Of a stretch of 64,000 nucleotides of DNA, positions 1 to 10,239 are shown in pieces (position 1 is the stretch's first letter; each line of letters starts with the position of its first letter). Below the pieces are notes generated by a model. That model ran no database searches. It was not told the DNA's origin and was given only the letters and a program-made list of their open reading frames with translations. The stretch lies in the sequence record SRR20825006_2064, one strand, 5' to 3'. The position numbers and the translations under genes are program-made.

Positions 1-29
1 CGGGGGTTCGAGTCCCTCCTCGGCTACCA
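1..29 (+). tRNA. 3' part of a tRNA, truncated by window edge; probably elongator tRNA-Met
   Basis: T-arm GGGGG-TTCGAGT-CCCTC, 7-nt acceptor strand CTCGGCT, discriminator A, encoded CCA. Anticodon is outside the window; Met call is from remembered similarity only. Confidence 0.85.
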
Positions 30-35
30 AATTTC

Positions 36-72
36 AAGGCTCTACCTCACACGGGGTAGGGCCTTAATTTTT
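36..72 (+). terminator. Rho-independent terminator after tRNA
   Basis: Stem AAGGCTCTACCTC / GGGGTAGGGCCTT with 4-nt loop, followed by AATTTTT. Confidence 0.8.
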
Positions 73-295
73 GTACCGACGTTCATGTCGGCTCCCCCCG
101 CAAAACTATCAAGACCCCGCGCGATATGCGTCAGTATGGAAATACTAAAGTTTCATATTTTACATTGAATTCTAACTAATTGTGAGGGTGTGGTTTGAGC
201 TTTTGAATACGCTGGCCAGCGGAATATTGTTTGAAAATATAGAAATAACTCGGAAATCGAACCATCCTACGGTAGGTTGCTTGGATAAATTATCG

Positions 296-307
296 TTTGT
301 AAACAAA
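296..307. promoter_or_regulatory. Palindromic operator TTTGTAAACAAA (GntR-type) upstream of the BCCT gene
   Basis: Palindrome; related TTTGAATACAAA at 7007-7018. Confidence 0.45.
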
Positions 308-328
308 TATATTGGCGGCCCATTATTA

Positions 329-2305
329 ATGTTTAGTGAGTATAAGAAGAACCATCGTGCTCCTGTGGCGTCCGGTATTTTACCACCGGTTTTTTATCCT
401 GCGGCGGGTCTGATCATTTTACTGGTGCTTATCACCATCCTGATGGGTGACAACGCGGGCACGGCGTTTAGCGCCATGCAGTCATGGCTCTCAGAGTCCA
501 TGGGCTGGGTTTACATGCTCGCAGTAACCGGTTTTTTGGTCTTCTGCTTATATTTGGCCTTTAGCGAACACGGAAAAATTCGGCTGGGGCCCAACCATTC
601 CCGGCCTGAGTACAGTTTTGGCTCATGGTTCGCCATGCTGTTTTCCGCCGGTATTGGTATTGGTTTGTTGTTCTTTGGTGTGGCCGAGCCGCTGACGCAT
701 TATCTTGCCCCGCCTGACGCGGACCCAAGGTCAATCGAGGCTGCGAAAGAGGCGATGCAAATTACCTTTTTCCATTGGGGCATTAATGCCTGGGCGGTCT
801 ACGCCATTGTGGGCTTGACGCTTGCTTATTTCAGTTTCCGGCACCGGTTGCCGCTGACGATCCGGTCGGCGCTCTATCCGCTGATTGGAGAACGTATCCA
901 CGGCCCGCTTGGCCATGCCGTGGATGTGCTTGCGGTGATAGGTACGCTGTTCGGGGTGGCAACGTCGCTCGGGTTTGGCGTGTCTCAGGTGAATGCCGGG
1001 CTTAATCATTTGTTTGACGTCCCGGTTAGCACAACGGTGCAGGTGACGTTGATTGCGGTTATCACCGCGTGTGCCACTGTGTCGGTCGTGTCCGGCCTTG
1101 ATGCGGGTATCAAGCGCTTGTCAGAGTTGAATATGGTGCTGGCGCTGGCGCTGTTGTTGTTCGTGATAGCACTTGGGCCAACCATCCTGTTTTTCAACAG
1201 TTTTGTTCAAAACATCGGGCTTTATATTGGCACAGTTGCGGAGCGCAGTTTCCGCCTTAACGCTTATAGCGGTGATCATGACTGGATGAGCAGTTGGACC
1301 CTGTTTTATTGGGGCTGGTGGATCAGCTGGTCGCCTTTTGTGGGCATTTTCATCGCGCGCATTTCCAGAGGGCGCACCATTCGTGAATTTATCATCGGCG
1401 TGTTGCTGGTGCCCACGGTGTTTACCTTTATCTGGATGACAGCTTTTGGTAATGCCACGATATTCTTCGAGGCTGGTGGCGCGGGCATTGCGGATGTGGT
1501 GGCTGAGAACTTGCCGCTCGGTTTGTTTGCTTTTCTTGAGCAATTGCCATTTTCAAGCATTGTATCTTTCATTGCGGTGATTTTGATCGTGACCTTTTTT
1601 GTAACCTCGTCGGATTCCGGCTCGCTGGTGATAGACACCATCACGTCTGGTGGGCATCTGAACCCGCCCTTGTGGCCGCGGGTGTTTTGGGCAGTATCAG
1701 AGGGTGTCGTGGCCGCAGTGTTGATGATGACGGGCGGGCTTGGTGCCTTGCAGGCTGCCACGATCACCACGGCGCTGCCCTTCACCTTTGTGATCATTCT
1801 GGCTTGCTTCGGGCTGATGCGTGGTTTGCGGATGGAAGCTGCAAAAGCCAAGGGGGCCGCAGTTGCTCCGGACGTGCAAATCTTTGGCCCCGGTGCCTCG
1901 TGGAAGCAGCGGCTTGACGCGCTATTGTCTTACCCCACAAAAACAGAGATTGAGGGTTTTGTGGCGCAAACGGTTTGCCCGGCACTTGAGAAAGTGGCTG
2001 CGGAAATCCGGAAATGTGACCATGAAGCGAGTGTCGAGGTGCTAAACGATGGCACGGATATTCGCATCCTGCATGGTGATGAGACAGATTTCAGATACGC
2101 CGTTGAAATACGCCCGATGTTGCAGCCTGACTTTTCCTACATAGGTAGTGGCAAGGCGGGGAAACGCTTTTACCGGGCTGAGGTGCATCTGCTGGAAGGT
2201 AGCCAGCACTATGACATATTTGGCTTTTCAGAGGAGCAGCTGATCCATGATATCCTCAGCCAGTATGACAAGCATATCCATTTCCTGAATATCGCACGGG
2301 CTTAA
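329..2305 (+). CDS. betT: BCCT family (betaine/carnitine/choline) transporter, BetT-like with long C-terminal domain
   Basis: SWFAMLFSAGIGIGLLFFGVAEP, FFHWG and WTLFYWGWWISWSPFVGIFIARISRGRTIREF motifs; about 12 TM segments. ATG 329 preferred over ORF-track start 182; substrate not established. Confidence 0.9.
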   Translation: MFSEYKKNHRAPVASGILPPVFYPAAGLIILLVLITILMGDNAGTAFSAMQSWLSESMGWVYMLAVTGFLVFCLYLAFSEHGKIRLGPNHSRPEYSFGSWFAMLFSAGIGIGLLFFGVAEPLTHYLAPPDADPRSIEAAKEAMQITFFHWGINAWAVYAIVGLTLAYFSFRHRLPLTIRSALYPLIGERIHGPLGHAVDVLAVIGTLFGVATSLGFGVSQVNAGLNHLFDVPVSTTVQVTLIAVITACATVSVVSGLDAGIKRLSELNMVLALALLLFVIALGPTILFFNSFVQNIGLYIGTVAERSFRLNAYSGDHDWMSSWTLFYWGWWISWSPFVGIFIARISRGRTIREFIIGVLLVPTVFTFIWMTAFGNATIFFEAGGAGIADVVAENLPLGLFAFLEQLPFSSIVSFIAVILIVTFFVTSSDSGSLVIDTITSGGHLNPPLWPRVFWAVSEGVVAAVLMMTGGLGALQAATITTALPFTFVIILACFGLMRGLRMEAAKAKGAAVAPDVQIFGPGASWKQRLDALLSYPTKTEIEGFVAQTVCPALEKVAAEIRKCDHEASVEVLNDGTDIRILHGDETDFRYAVEIRPMLQPDFSYIGSGKAGKRFYRAEVHLLEGSQHYDIFGFSEEQLIHDILSQYDKHIHFLNIARA

Positions 2306-2314
2306 GACCTACTA

Positions 2315-4303
2315 TCACTCGGCTAGCGGGCCAAGTGCCGCGCGGAGCGGCCCGAGGTGGTGCTCATACGGTCGCCAGGGCTCAAGCCCCTTATTGTTGA
2401 TGGGTTCGCGCACCTGTTCCGAGCTTGCCGTGCGCACGGATCGTTCGGTTTTGTGGAAATTCAGGCAGGCATCCTCAAATTCCAGTCCGCAATAGTCCAG
2501 AATACGAGCAACTTCGCTTTCCAGATTGCTCACCACATCCTCGTACTGAACCTTGAGGATTTTGCCCGGCAGTGTTTTGGTCCAATGATCCATCAGCGTG
2601 ACATAATCACGGTAGTAGCGACCAACCTCCTCAAGGCCATAGGTGAATTCCTGCCCCTCCGCGAAGAGTTGCTTGAACCCGGAAAAGCAGCATGACATTG
2701 GTGCGCGCCGGGCGTCGATGATTTTTGCATTTGGCAGGATCAGGTGGATAAGCCCGATGTGGCGAAAGTTATTCGGCATTTTATCGATGAAATAGGGCGC
2801 ACCCTGCCGGTGGATGCGGGTGTCGTCAATATAGCTTTGACCCAGTTTTTGTAACTGCGCCGCACTCAGTGTGGCAAGGTTGTCCGGATAACCCGTCTCG
2901 CCAGGCAAGCGCCGTAACCTGTGCGTCATAGACAGGATATTGGGTAGCTCCATCGTGCCGTCAACCTGACTATGCGAGGCAAGGATCTGCTCCAATAATG
3001 TTGAACCGGCACGCGGCAGGCCAACGATAAAGATCGGGTCGGGCGCGGTATGCCCAAGGCCAGTCTGCTTTTTAAACAAGTCGCTTGTGCACGCACTTGC
3101 CTGAAGCGCCAGCTCATTGGACATCTGGTCTGTGTCATAGCGGCTTTGTGCCTTCTTGAGTGCGTTGCCACGCTCATAAAAAGTGAAAGACTTGTCGTAA
3201 TCCTTGCGGTCCTCATAGGCCTTGCCGAGGGCGAAACACAGCTGAATACGGCTCGCGGGAAGGATGTTCTCAGCCTTCTCCTGCTCTTTCATCGCGGTAA
3301 GCTCAGCATCGGTGAACTGGTATGTCTTGAGGTTCGCGAGCGCATAATAGGCTTCACCGTGATCAGGGCGGGCCTCATAGGCCTGTTGGTAGGAGGTGAT
3401 CGCGTCTTCCTGTTTGCCTATGGTCTTGAGGGCATGCCCTTTGGAGGTCAGCGTCGCAGGGTCCTTCGGAAGGGCTTTGAGGATTTTCTCAAATGTTTCA
3501 AGCGCGGTGTCAAAATCCCCGGCCTGCAGGCTTTCAATAGCAAAATGAGATTGAAACACCGGGTTGTCCGGCTCGGTGTCATAGAGGGCCCTGGCCTGTT
3601 CGAGCGCAGCTGTGAACTTCTGCCGTTTGCGAAGCACCTGAATATAGTCGAGCCTTACCTGAATATTCCCGGGCTCAAATGTCAGCGCGCTTTCCAGCAG
3701 AAACTCTGCCTCATCATGAATGCCAAAACGCGTGCCAATGTCAGCCAGAAGGCGCATGCCTTCAACATGTTTTGGGTTGCGCTGCATGAAAGACCGGCAG
3801 AGCTTTTCTGCCTTGAGGAGCTTGCCTTCATGGATCAGGTTACTGGTGGCGGCCAGTTCTTTTGGCAGGTTGGCCACTCGTGCGGCCTGTGCTTCAGCTT
3901 GTTGTGCTTCCGCGCTTTGTCCTGAAGCCCGGAGCAACTCCGCCTGTGCCTTCCAGCTTGCGGCAAGGGCGGGGTTCAACTGGCAGGCAATCTTGTAGGA
4001 CGCCAGCGCTTTGTTGGTTTGCCCCATGGTGCGGTACAGGTGGCCTTCTTCTTGATACGCCCGGCCAAAATCAGGCATCGCCTCTTTCAAATCCCCGAGA
4101 GCTGCGAGTGCATGCGTTTCCTGCCCGGCGTATCGGTGGCAGACGGCCTTCATATAAAGCGCATCAATATGGTCTGGGTGTCCGTCAAGCATGGTTGAGA
4201 TGCGCCCGAGCGCTGCATCAAATTTGCCCTCATACATCAGGGCTTGTATGTCTTTGAGCTGGCTTGGATGCGGGGTGTTTTTTTGTGCGCTATCGCTTGC
4301 CAC
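2315..4303 (-). CDS. TPR-repeat-containing sulfotransferase family protein
   Basis: N-terminal TPRs; PIFIVGLPRAGSTLLEQIL (PAPS-binding loop), IDKMPNNF, RTASSEQVR. GTG 4303 with AGGA RBS; ORF track extends to 4360. Confidence 0.88.
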   Translation of the reverse strand: MASDSAQKNTPHPSQLKDIQALMYEGKFDAALGRISTMLDGHPDHIDALYMKAVCHRYAGQETHALAALGDLKEAMPDFGRAYQEEGHLYRTMGQTNKALASYKIACQLNPALAASWKAQAELLRASGQSAEAQQAEAQAARVANLPKELAATSNLIHEGKLLKAEKLCRSFMQRNPKHVEGMRLLADIGTRFGIHDEAEFLLESALTFEPGNIQVRLDYIQVLRKRQKFTAALEQARALYDTEPDNPVFQSHFAIESLQAGDFDTALETFEKILKALPKDPATLTSKGHALKTIGKQEDAITSYQQAYEARPDHGEAYYALANLKTYQFTDAELTAMKEQEKAENILPASRIQLCFALGKAYEDRKDYDKSFTFYERGNALKKAQSRYDTDQMSNELALQASACTSDLFKKQTGLGHTAPDPIFIVGLPRAGSTLLEQILASHSQVDGTMELPNILSMTHRLRRLPGETGYPDNLATLSAAQLQKLGQSYIDDTRIHRQGAPYFIDKMPNNFRHIGLIHLILPNAKIIDARRAPMSCCFSGFKQLFAEGQEFTYGLEEVGRYYRDYVTLMDHWTKTLPGKILKVQYEDVVSNLESEVARILDYCGLEFEDACLNFHKTERSVRTASSEQVREPINNKGLEPWRPYEHHLGPLRAALGPLAE

Positions 4304-4333
4304 TGCGGCGGTCCTGTCTTCCTGGATGGTGAA

Positions 4334-4357
4334 GAGGCGCCCCAAGCGAGGCGCCTC
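4334..4357 (-). other. GC-rich hairpin between the TonB-dependent receptor and sulfotransferase genes (weak terminator or mRNA stabiliser)
   Basis: GAGGCGCC-N8-GGCGCCTC. Confidence 0.55.
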
Positions 4358-4389
4358 CATATAGTATTCACTATAGCCGAATGGCGGGT

Positions 4390-6912
4390 CTAGTAGTCAA
4401 CCGCGAAGCGGAAACCGAAGGTCCGTGGACGGTTGATGGTGATACGCTCGTGATCGAACACAAGATTGTTGTTCAGTTGCGCACGCGCGTCGGTCAGGTT
4501 TTCACCGTAAAATTCGACCATCCAGTTATCCTTGCGAACGCCAAACGCCATGCCCGCGAGGAAATAACTGTCCTGTTTGGCCCGATTGATCAGCACGATA
4601 TCGCTGTAGGATGACGCTGAATAGGCGATCTTTGGCTGAACATAAGCCTCAAACTCATCGGTCAGTTGCCATTCATAGCGCGCCCGCGCATTCATCTGGA
4701 ACGACGGCGCATAGGCCAGGCTTTCACCCGGCCCGGCGATCGCCACGCTGGCACCTACCAATTCCTTGATCTCCGTATCAAGGAGGGAGAAGCCTGCGGA
4801 AGCTGACAGACCAACAACAGCCTGTGAAACCCATGTCAGGTCACCTTCAATCCCCTTGATCTGCGCGTTCGCTGCGTTATCAGAGAAGAACAGGTTGGTT
4901 ATTGTCGCGTCAAAAATGGTGGTTTGCAGGTCTTTGATGTCAACAATGAACGCGCTACCGTTGAAGCGGAGCGAATTGTCCATCATGTCCAGTTTCCAGC
5001 CAAGCTCATAGTTGGTCACTTCGTCGGTACGAACCACAGCCGGGACGGCACCGCCGCCAGCACCAGCAGGGCGGTTTGGCAATCCAGGGCGGAAGCCTTC
5101 CGAGTACGTGAAGTAGATCAACGTGTCGCTATTTGGTGTCCAGGACAGGTTCCCCTTGAAGACCCACCCCTTGGCCTCGGCGCCTTTTGGTACAGCAACG
5201 CCGTTGATCACCTGAGTGCCATCGAACTGGGTATCCAGGTTGGTACCGAAGGCGTTCACATCTTCGCCGCCAAAGTTGAAGAAGGATGAGTTGGCGCTAC
5301 CTTTGAGGCGCACATCGACATCGTGCCAGCGAGCCCCTGCGGTGATAGACAGGGTGTCAGGCACCAGATCGAACGTGACCTCGCCAAACAAGCCCTTTTG
5401 CTTATCGGTACGGGTGATGTCATTGAAGAAAATCACGCCAAGTGGTCGCGGTGTTGGATCGCTAACGCTGGAGCCCGGCAATGGGCCATTTTGTGGCCAA
5501 CCATAAACACCGGGTGTGAAGCTTTCTGCATTAATGGAGCCCGGATAGGTGAAATCATTGCGCTCTACCAGTTTCTGGTCGCTGTAGAACCCGCCGAAGG
5601 TTGCGCGTACGCGGTTTTCCTCTGGCGTGTTGAAGCGCAGTTCATGCGTCCAAACCTCGGTTTCAGTTTCTGAAGCCACGTAGAGGTCTGGTGCTTGACA
5701 TGTGCCGGAAGGTGCCGCTGCACCCGGGTATGAGACTGAAGCGTCACAGATGTAATAGGGCAGATACTGGCCGACAAACAGATAGTCGGTGTAATCAACC
5801 GTCTGATCTGTGAAGCGATTGAGATAAGCACCTGCATAGACCATTTCAAGCGCGCCGATACGGCCTTCAACCGTTAAGGCTGTATTGTCGAAGCTATCAA
5901 CCGTTTCATCTGGAGCATAACGCCGTACGGACAGCTCATCAGGATCGTTTATCTCAGGGTCATAGAAGAATACGCCGTCGGATTCGATCTCCTGACGTGT
6001 ATGCCCAAGTTTGACGGACCAATTCGGGTTTACATCATAGCGGGTGCTAATCCGGAAGCCGGTATAAGATGCGTCGTTGAAATCCTTTTCAACCAGTGCC
6101 TGATTATTTGCTTCAAGGAAGGTAACATCTGACAAGTCGGCACCAGCCTGGAAGCCGTCTGATGTCATTGTGCCATTGGGGCGCGCCATTGATGACGCGA
6201 AACGGCCACTTTCTGCGGCGGTTTTAGTGCCCGCTACATTGTCGATATAGCCGCCTTGGTTATCCACGTAGAAAACGCCGCGAACGCCCCATTTGCCCTC
6301 AATGAGGGGATAGTTGATCATGGCTTCGACTTTTTCGCTCATTTCACCATTTTTGGTAAATGAGACGCCGCCAGCAACCCGTGCCTGGAATTCAAGCAAA
6401 TCTGGTTCGTTTGTGATCAAACGGATTGTACCAGCCTGCGAGCTTGCGCCAAAAAGGGTGCCCTGGGAGCCTGGCAAGACCTCAATTCGGTTCAGGTCGG
6501 CAGCATATACATCCAGGTTTCGGCCAACCTGTGTCACCGGCTGTTCATCCAGATACAGCGCCACGTTTGGTGCCAGCCCAGCTACGCCGGCTGTTGTCAG
6601 GTTTGGTGTTGTGGAGGCAAGGCCCCGAATATAAATGGTGGCTTGGCCCGGCCCGCTGCCGCCAGCCGATACGCCAGGCAGTTGCAGAAGATAATCAGTA
6701 AATACATCAACATCTGTTTGCTCAAGGGCCGTCATACCCATGGCTTGCACAGCAACAGGAATATCTTGTGTGCTGGCGGACCGTTTGGTCGCAGTTACCA
6801 CAACCTCTTCAATCGCGGCGCCTGCGTAACTTTCTGCAGCCATGGCGTTAGCGCTTAACATGATTGGCGCAGACGTCAAAAGGCTAAGCTTTAATGCTTT
6901 CTTATAATCCAT
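4390..6912 (-). CDS. TonB-dependent outer-membrane receptor
   Basis: Signal peptide, TonB box EEVVVTA, plug motif IEVLPGSQGTLFG, C-terminal beta strand ending in an aromatic residue (PRTFGFRFAVDY). Confidence 0.93.
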   Translation of the reverse strand: MDYKKALKLSLLTSAPIMLSANAMAAESYAGAAIEEVVVTATKRSASTQDIPVAVQAMGMTALEQTDVDVFTDYLLQLPGVSAGGSGPGQATIYIRGLASTTPNLTTAGVAGLAPNVALYLDEQPVTQVGRNLDVYAADLNRIEVLPGSQGTLFGASSQAGTIRLITNEPDLLEFQARVAGGVSFTKNGEMSEKVEAMINYPLIEGKWGVRGVFYVDNQGGYIDNVAGTKTAAESGRFASSMARPNGTMTSDGFQAGADLSDVTFLEANNQALVEKDFNDASYTGFRISTRYDVNPNWSVKLGHTRQEIESDGVFFYDPEINDPDELSVRRYAPDETVDSFDNTALTVEGRIGALEMVYAGAYLNRFTDQTVDYTDYLFVGQYLPYYICDASVSYPGAAAPSGTCQAPDLYVASETETEVWTHELRFNTPEENRVRATFGGFYSDQKLVERNDFTYPGSINAESFTPGVYGWPQNGPLPGSSVSDPTPRPLGVIFFNDITRTDKQKGLFGEVTFDLVPDTLSITAGARWHDVDVRLKGSANSSFFNFGGEDVNAFGTNLDTQFDGTQVINGVAVPKGAEAKGWVFKGNLSWTPNSDTLIYFTYSEGFRPGLPNRPAGAGGGAVPAVVRTDEVTNYELGWKLDMMDNSLRFNGSAFIVDIKDLQTTIFDATITNLFFSDNAANAQIKGIEGDLTWVSQAVVGLSASAGFSLLDTEIKELVGASVAIAGPGESLAYAPSFQMNARARYEWQLTDEFEAYVQPKIAYSASSYSDIVLINRAKQDSYFLAGMAFGVRKDNWMVEFYGENLTDARAQLNNNLVFDHERITINRPRTFGFRFAVDY

Positions 6913-7006
6913 TGTGCGGATTCTCCCCTGTTCAATTCTTGTCCAGTGTGTCTCGTAACGCGAAGGTGCCGATACCTACGTCCGGTTGGCAACAATGGTA
7001 AAATTA

Positions 7007-7018
7007 TTTGAATACAAA
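7007..7018. promoter_or_regulatory. Palindromic operator TTTGAATACAAA (GntR-type) upstream of the receptor gene
   Basis: Core of the longer imperfect palindrome AATTATTTGAATACAAATTATT. Confidence 0.5.
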
Positions 7019-7273
7019 TTATTTAATACGCGATTTTTGGTCAAATTGTCGACCTATTGCGTTAATATATATGAAAATTTGGGAAAATGACCCTGAGAGG
7101 TGTTGCCTAAAATCAATAGAGAACAAACTAAATTGCAATTGTTTGCACTGTCCTTGGTTTGAACGGGGCCATCTGAATTAGGCTGCGGGTGTTGTTGGCG
7201 TGATCGTTTTGCCTTGCGTAGGCTGCCTTTGGGTGAGTTTGACAGGCTTGGGGTGCCCGCTTATAGAAGCGGC

Positions 7274-7633
7274 ATGCAGATATTTGACGGAATAATATCA
7301 GATCGGGGTTCGAAATACGCCGTATCGGGCGGGCCGTGCAGCTCACCTGATGAAGCTAAAGCTTTCATCAAGGAGCTTTGCCGCAAAAAGAAGTTTGCCA
7401 AAGCTACCCATAATACATGGGCGTATTTCACCGGTGAAGCGCCGGTGAAAAATGATGATGGCGAGGCGGGCGCAGGCATGCTGATCGCACAGATGTTAGA
7501 GCGCGAAGGCCTTCCTAATCATATTGTCGTGGTGACCCGCTGGTATGGCGGTAAACACCTGGGCGGTGACCGTTTCCGCCATGTACAGGATGCTGTGCGT
7601 CACTATCTTGATAACGCAAGTCTTGCCAAGTAA
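7274..7633 (+). CDS. YigZ/IMPACT (UPF0029) family protein, N-terminal domain only
   Basis: SDRGSKY, ATHNTWAY, DDGEAGAG, VVVTRWYGGKHLG; ATG 7274. Confidence 0.85.
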   Translation: MQIFDGIISDRGSKYAVSGGPCSSPDEAKAFIKELCRKKKFAKATHNTWAYFTGEAPVKNDDGEAGAGMLIAQMLEREGLPNHIVVVTRWYGGKHLGGDRFRHVQDAVRHYLDNASLAK

Positions 7634-7660
7634 CGCCGAGGACTGCCGAGGTCTACCTTT

Positions 7661-8068
7661 CTAGGACGTTGTGGGCACAAGCCCGTGGCCACCTACGGGG
7701 CTCGTGGTGGCAACCATTTCCATGCCTTCAATCAGCGGACGTCCACGTCCGATTGCCGCTTGTACTGACGGCAGGCCAAGAGACGCCTTGTGGCTATCTG
7801 CGTTATCCCACACTTCTGTGATCCAGAGCGTGACATCATCCTTGGGCTCAAGAGCCACAATATAGCTCAGGCAACCGGGCATATCCGATAGGCCTTCAAG
7901 CAGGATAGCAGCCAGGTTATCGCGGGTGCCTGCTTTTGCGGTGAATTTACCAATGAGCCCAAACATTCCTGTCTCCCCTGTCTCTGTCTTGGTCGCTGCG
8001 ATTGCGCTACTTGCGACCATAGATGCCGCAGTGGCAGTTATCATGAAATGTCGTCTGTTCATCGTCAT
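7661..8068 (-). CDS. Antibiotic biosynthesis monooxygenase (ABM) domain protein with Tat-like signal
   Basis: MNRRHF twin-arginine leader; MPGCLSY...WITEVWDNADSHKASL. Confidence 0.8.
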   Translation of the reverse strand: MTMNRRHFMITATAASMVASSAIAATKTETGETGMFGLIGKFTAKAGTRDNLAAILLEGLSDMPGCLSYIVALEPKDDVTLWITEVWDNADSHKASLGLPSVQAAIGRGRPLIEGMEMVATTSPVGGHGLVPTTS

Positions 8069-8249
8069 GTTAGTGTTTTCCCCGAGCGCACATTTAAATA
8101 CGAAAGACCACTAAAGCCAAAGAGTAAAACGAACTTGGTAATGAAGGCAGACTTTTTGGGTGTGGCGGTTGTATGTAGGGCATATCCGCGATATCGAGTA
8201 TAGGTATGACAATAATCTCTCACGTGATGGCGACGGAGCCCCTTGTTTT

Positions 8250-9509
8250 ATGACTCTTCGTGCAACCCTTATCGGCATTTTTGCATTATTGCTTGGTGCT
8301 GCCGCGCTCAACCTCGGCATGGGCTTGCAGGCATCGCTTCTTGGTGTGCGTGCGGGTATTGAAGGGTTTCCAACGCTTCTGATCGGCCTTGTGATGTCGA
8401 GCTACTATGCAGGGTTTGTGGCGGGCAGCCTGTTTGCGCCCAAGATCGTGGCTCGTGTTGGCCATATCAGGACTTTTTCGGCCTTTGCGTCGCTGGCTTC
8501 AGCGGCGGCCCTATGCCATGCGGTGTTTGTGGACCCCGCCAGTTGGATCATCATGCGCATGCTCACTGGTGTGTGTTTCGCGGCGCTTTGCTTGGTCACG
8601 GAAAGTTGGCTCAATGAGCGGTCAAGTAACCTCAACCGCGGCACCGTGCTTTCCGTTTATTTTGTTGTCATTCTCGCCTCCACAGCGGCAGGGCAAGCCT
8701 TCCTGATGATGGCGCCGCCTGCGGGGTATGACCTGTTTATTTTTGTGTCTGTGATCATCTCGGTTGCGCTCGTGCCCATTGCGCTAACGTCTACACCAAC
8801 ACCTGCTATCACCGCACCACGGCGCATGGCGCTGAGGCAGCTTTACGGTGTATCGCCTGTTGGTGTCTCCGGCTGTTTTGGTGCGGGGTTGATTACCGGT
8901 GCCTTTTGGGCGCTGGGGGCGGTTTACGCGCAAGGCAAAGGGCTTGTGACAGACGAGATCGCCATCTTCATGACCCTGGTGGTCGGCGGCGGCGTTGTGA
9001 CCCAGTGGCCGTTTGGTCGCCTGTCTGACCGCATGGATCGCCGCATCGTGATCGCCGGGCTTGCGGTATCCATCGCGGTGTTAGGCATATTTGCAGGGCT
9101 TGGTTTCTTTCCGCAGGGAGAAGGGCTTTATGTTTTGGGCGTTCTGATGGGGGGGCTTGTACTGCCGCTTTATGGCCTTGTGATTGCCCATGCCAATGAT
9201 TTCCTTGAGCCGGAGGACTTCGTGCCCGCAAGCGCGTCGCTACTGCTGCTATACGGTGCAGGGGCGATTGTTGGGCCCATGGTCGCCACAATCGTGATGC
9301 GATTTGTGGGGGCTGATGGCCTGTTTTTGCATCTTGGTATCGCCGCGTGCCTTTTGGCAGCTTTCACCATGTACCGCATGACCCAGCGCGCAGCTGCCCC
9401 AAGTGAGGAAGCCGCCGATTATGTATTTGCGCAAGGCATAAGTCCGGTCTCGTTCGAGCTGGACCCAAGAGCCGAGAATGAAGGCGAGGGTTGCGAAACC
9501 GACACGTGA
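8250..9509 (+). CDS. MFS transporter (YcaD-like)
   Basis: 12 TM segments, RVGHIRTF, ESWLN, GRLSDRMDRR; ATG 8250. Confidence 0.88.
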   Translation: MTLRATLIGIFALLLGAAALNLGMGLQASLLGVRAGIEGFPTLLIGLVMSSYYAGFVAGSLFAPKIVARVGHIRTFSAFASLASAAALCHAVFVDPASWIIMRMLTGVCFAALCLVTESWLNERSSNLNRGTVLSVYFVVILASTAAGQAFLMMAPPAGYDLFIFVSVIISVALVPIALTSTPTPAITAPRRMALRQLYGVSPVGVSGCFGAGLITGAFWALGAVYAQGKGLVTDEIAIFMTLVVGGGVVTQWPFGRLSDRMDRRIVIAGLAVSIAVLGIFAGLGFFPQGEGLYVLGVLMGGLVLPLYGLVIAHANDFLEPEDFVPASASLLLLYGAGAIVGPMVATIVMRFVGADGLFLHLGIAACLLAAFTMYRMTQRAAAPSEEAADYVFAQGISPVSFELDPRAENEGEGCETDT

Positions 9510-9510
9510 T

Positions 9511-10236
9511 TTATTGCGCGGTAAACAGAGCCGTTTCGCGTGTTTTCCACCAGCTATTGAACGCGTCGCGCAGTTCTTCATGGTCATGCCGGAAGAGGAA
9601 CACCTTGCGGATAACTGTATAGGGCTTGTCTGGCTTCACCGCACAAAGGCCCGTGTCTTGGCGTTCCATATAAAGTGCTTCAATACCGTCGGTGAACATC
9701 ACATCAGCCTGGCCTGACTGAAGCGCGCGGAAGGGCGCGTGGTTATCTTCCATAATTTTCAGGTCGGCGCTTTTAAGCGTTGTGCGCGCGAATTTTTCAT
9801 TGGTGCCGCCAGGGTTCTCCACCACGCGAACGCCGGGGCGGTCTATCTGGCGTAGGGTATCATACTCAAGCTGCTCACCACAGCGAACCAGCGCGACCTT
9901 GCCGTCGGTGCGAATGGTGTCAGAGGTATGCGAAAGTGTGGCGCGGTCTTGGGTGTAAGAGATTCCACCAACCGCCAGCATGAATTTGCCAGCCGTCAGG
10001 TCTTCCATCAGGGTCGGCCAACTGGTTTGTACAAACTTCACTTCCCGACCGGTGTCGCGCGCGAAAGCCTTGATGAGGTCTATATCATCGCCCCTGAATT
10101 CACCGCTTGTAGGGTCCTGCCAGCTTACCGGTTGATAGTCGCCGGTTGTGCCAACAAGGATGGTGTCAGAGGCATAGGCGAACGACGCGTGCAAATATAG
10201 CGCGATGAAGGCGAGAAGTTTTATTGCCCTTGTCAT
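9511..10236 (-). CDS. pheC: Periplasmic cyclohexadienyl dehydratase-like protein (solute-binding protein family 3 fold)
   Basis: Signal peptide; VGTTGDY, NPGGTNEKF, TDGIEA motifs typical of PheC-like proteins. Confidence 0.7.
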   Translation of the reverse strand: MTRAIKLLAFIALYLHASFAYASDTILVGTTGDYQPVSWQDPTSGEFRGDDIDLIKAFARDTGREVKFVQTSWPTLMEDLTAGKFMLAVGGISYTQDRATLSHTSDTIRTDGKVALVRCGEQLEYDTLRQIDRPGVRVVENPGGTNEKFARTTLKSADLKIMEDNHAPFRALQSGQADVMFTDGIEALYMERQDTGLCAVKPDKPYTVIRKVFLFRHDHEELRDAFNSWWKTRETALFTAQ

Positions 10237-10239
10237 ACT

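Noticed and set aside
1-400. tRNA 3' end as an integration site for a genomic island
   Set aside because: No integrase follows, and I saw no second copy of the tRNA 3' end in the window (checked by eye only)
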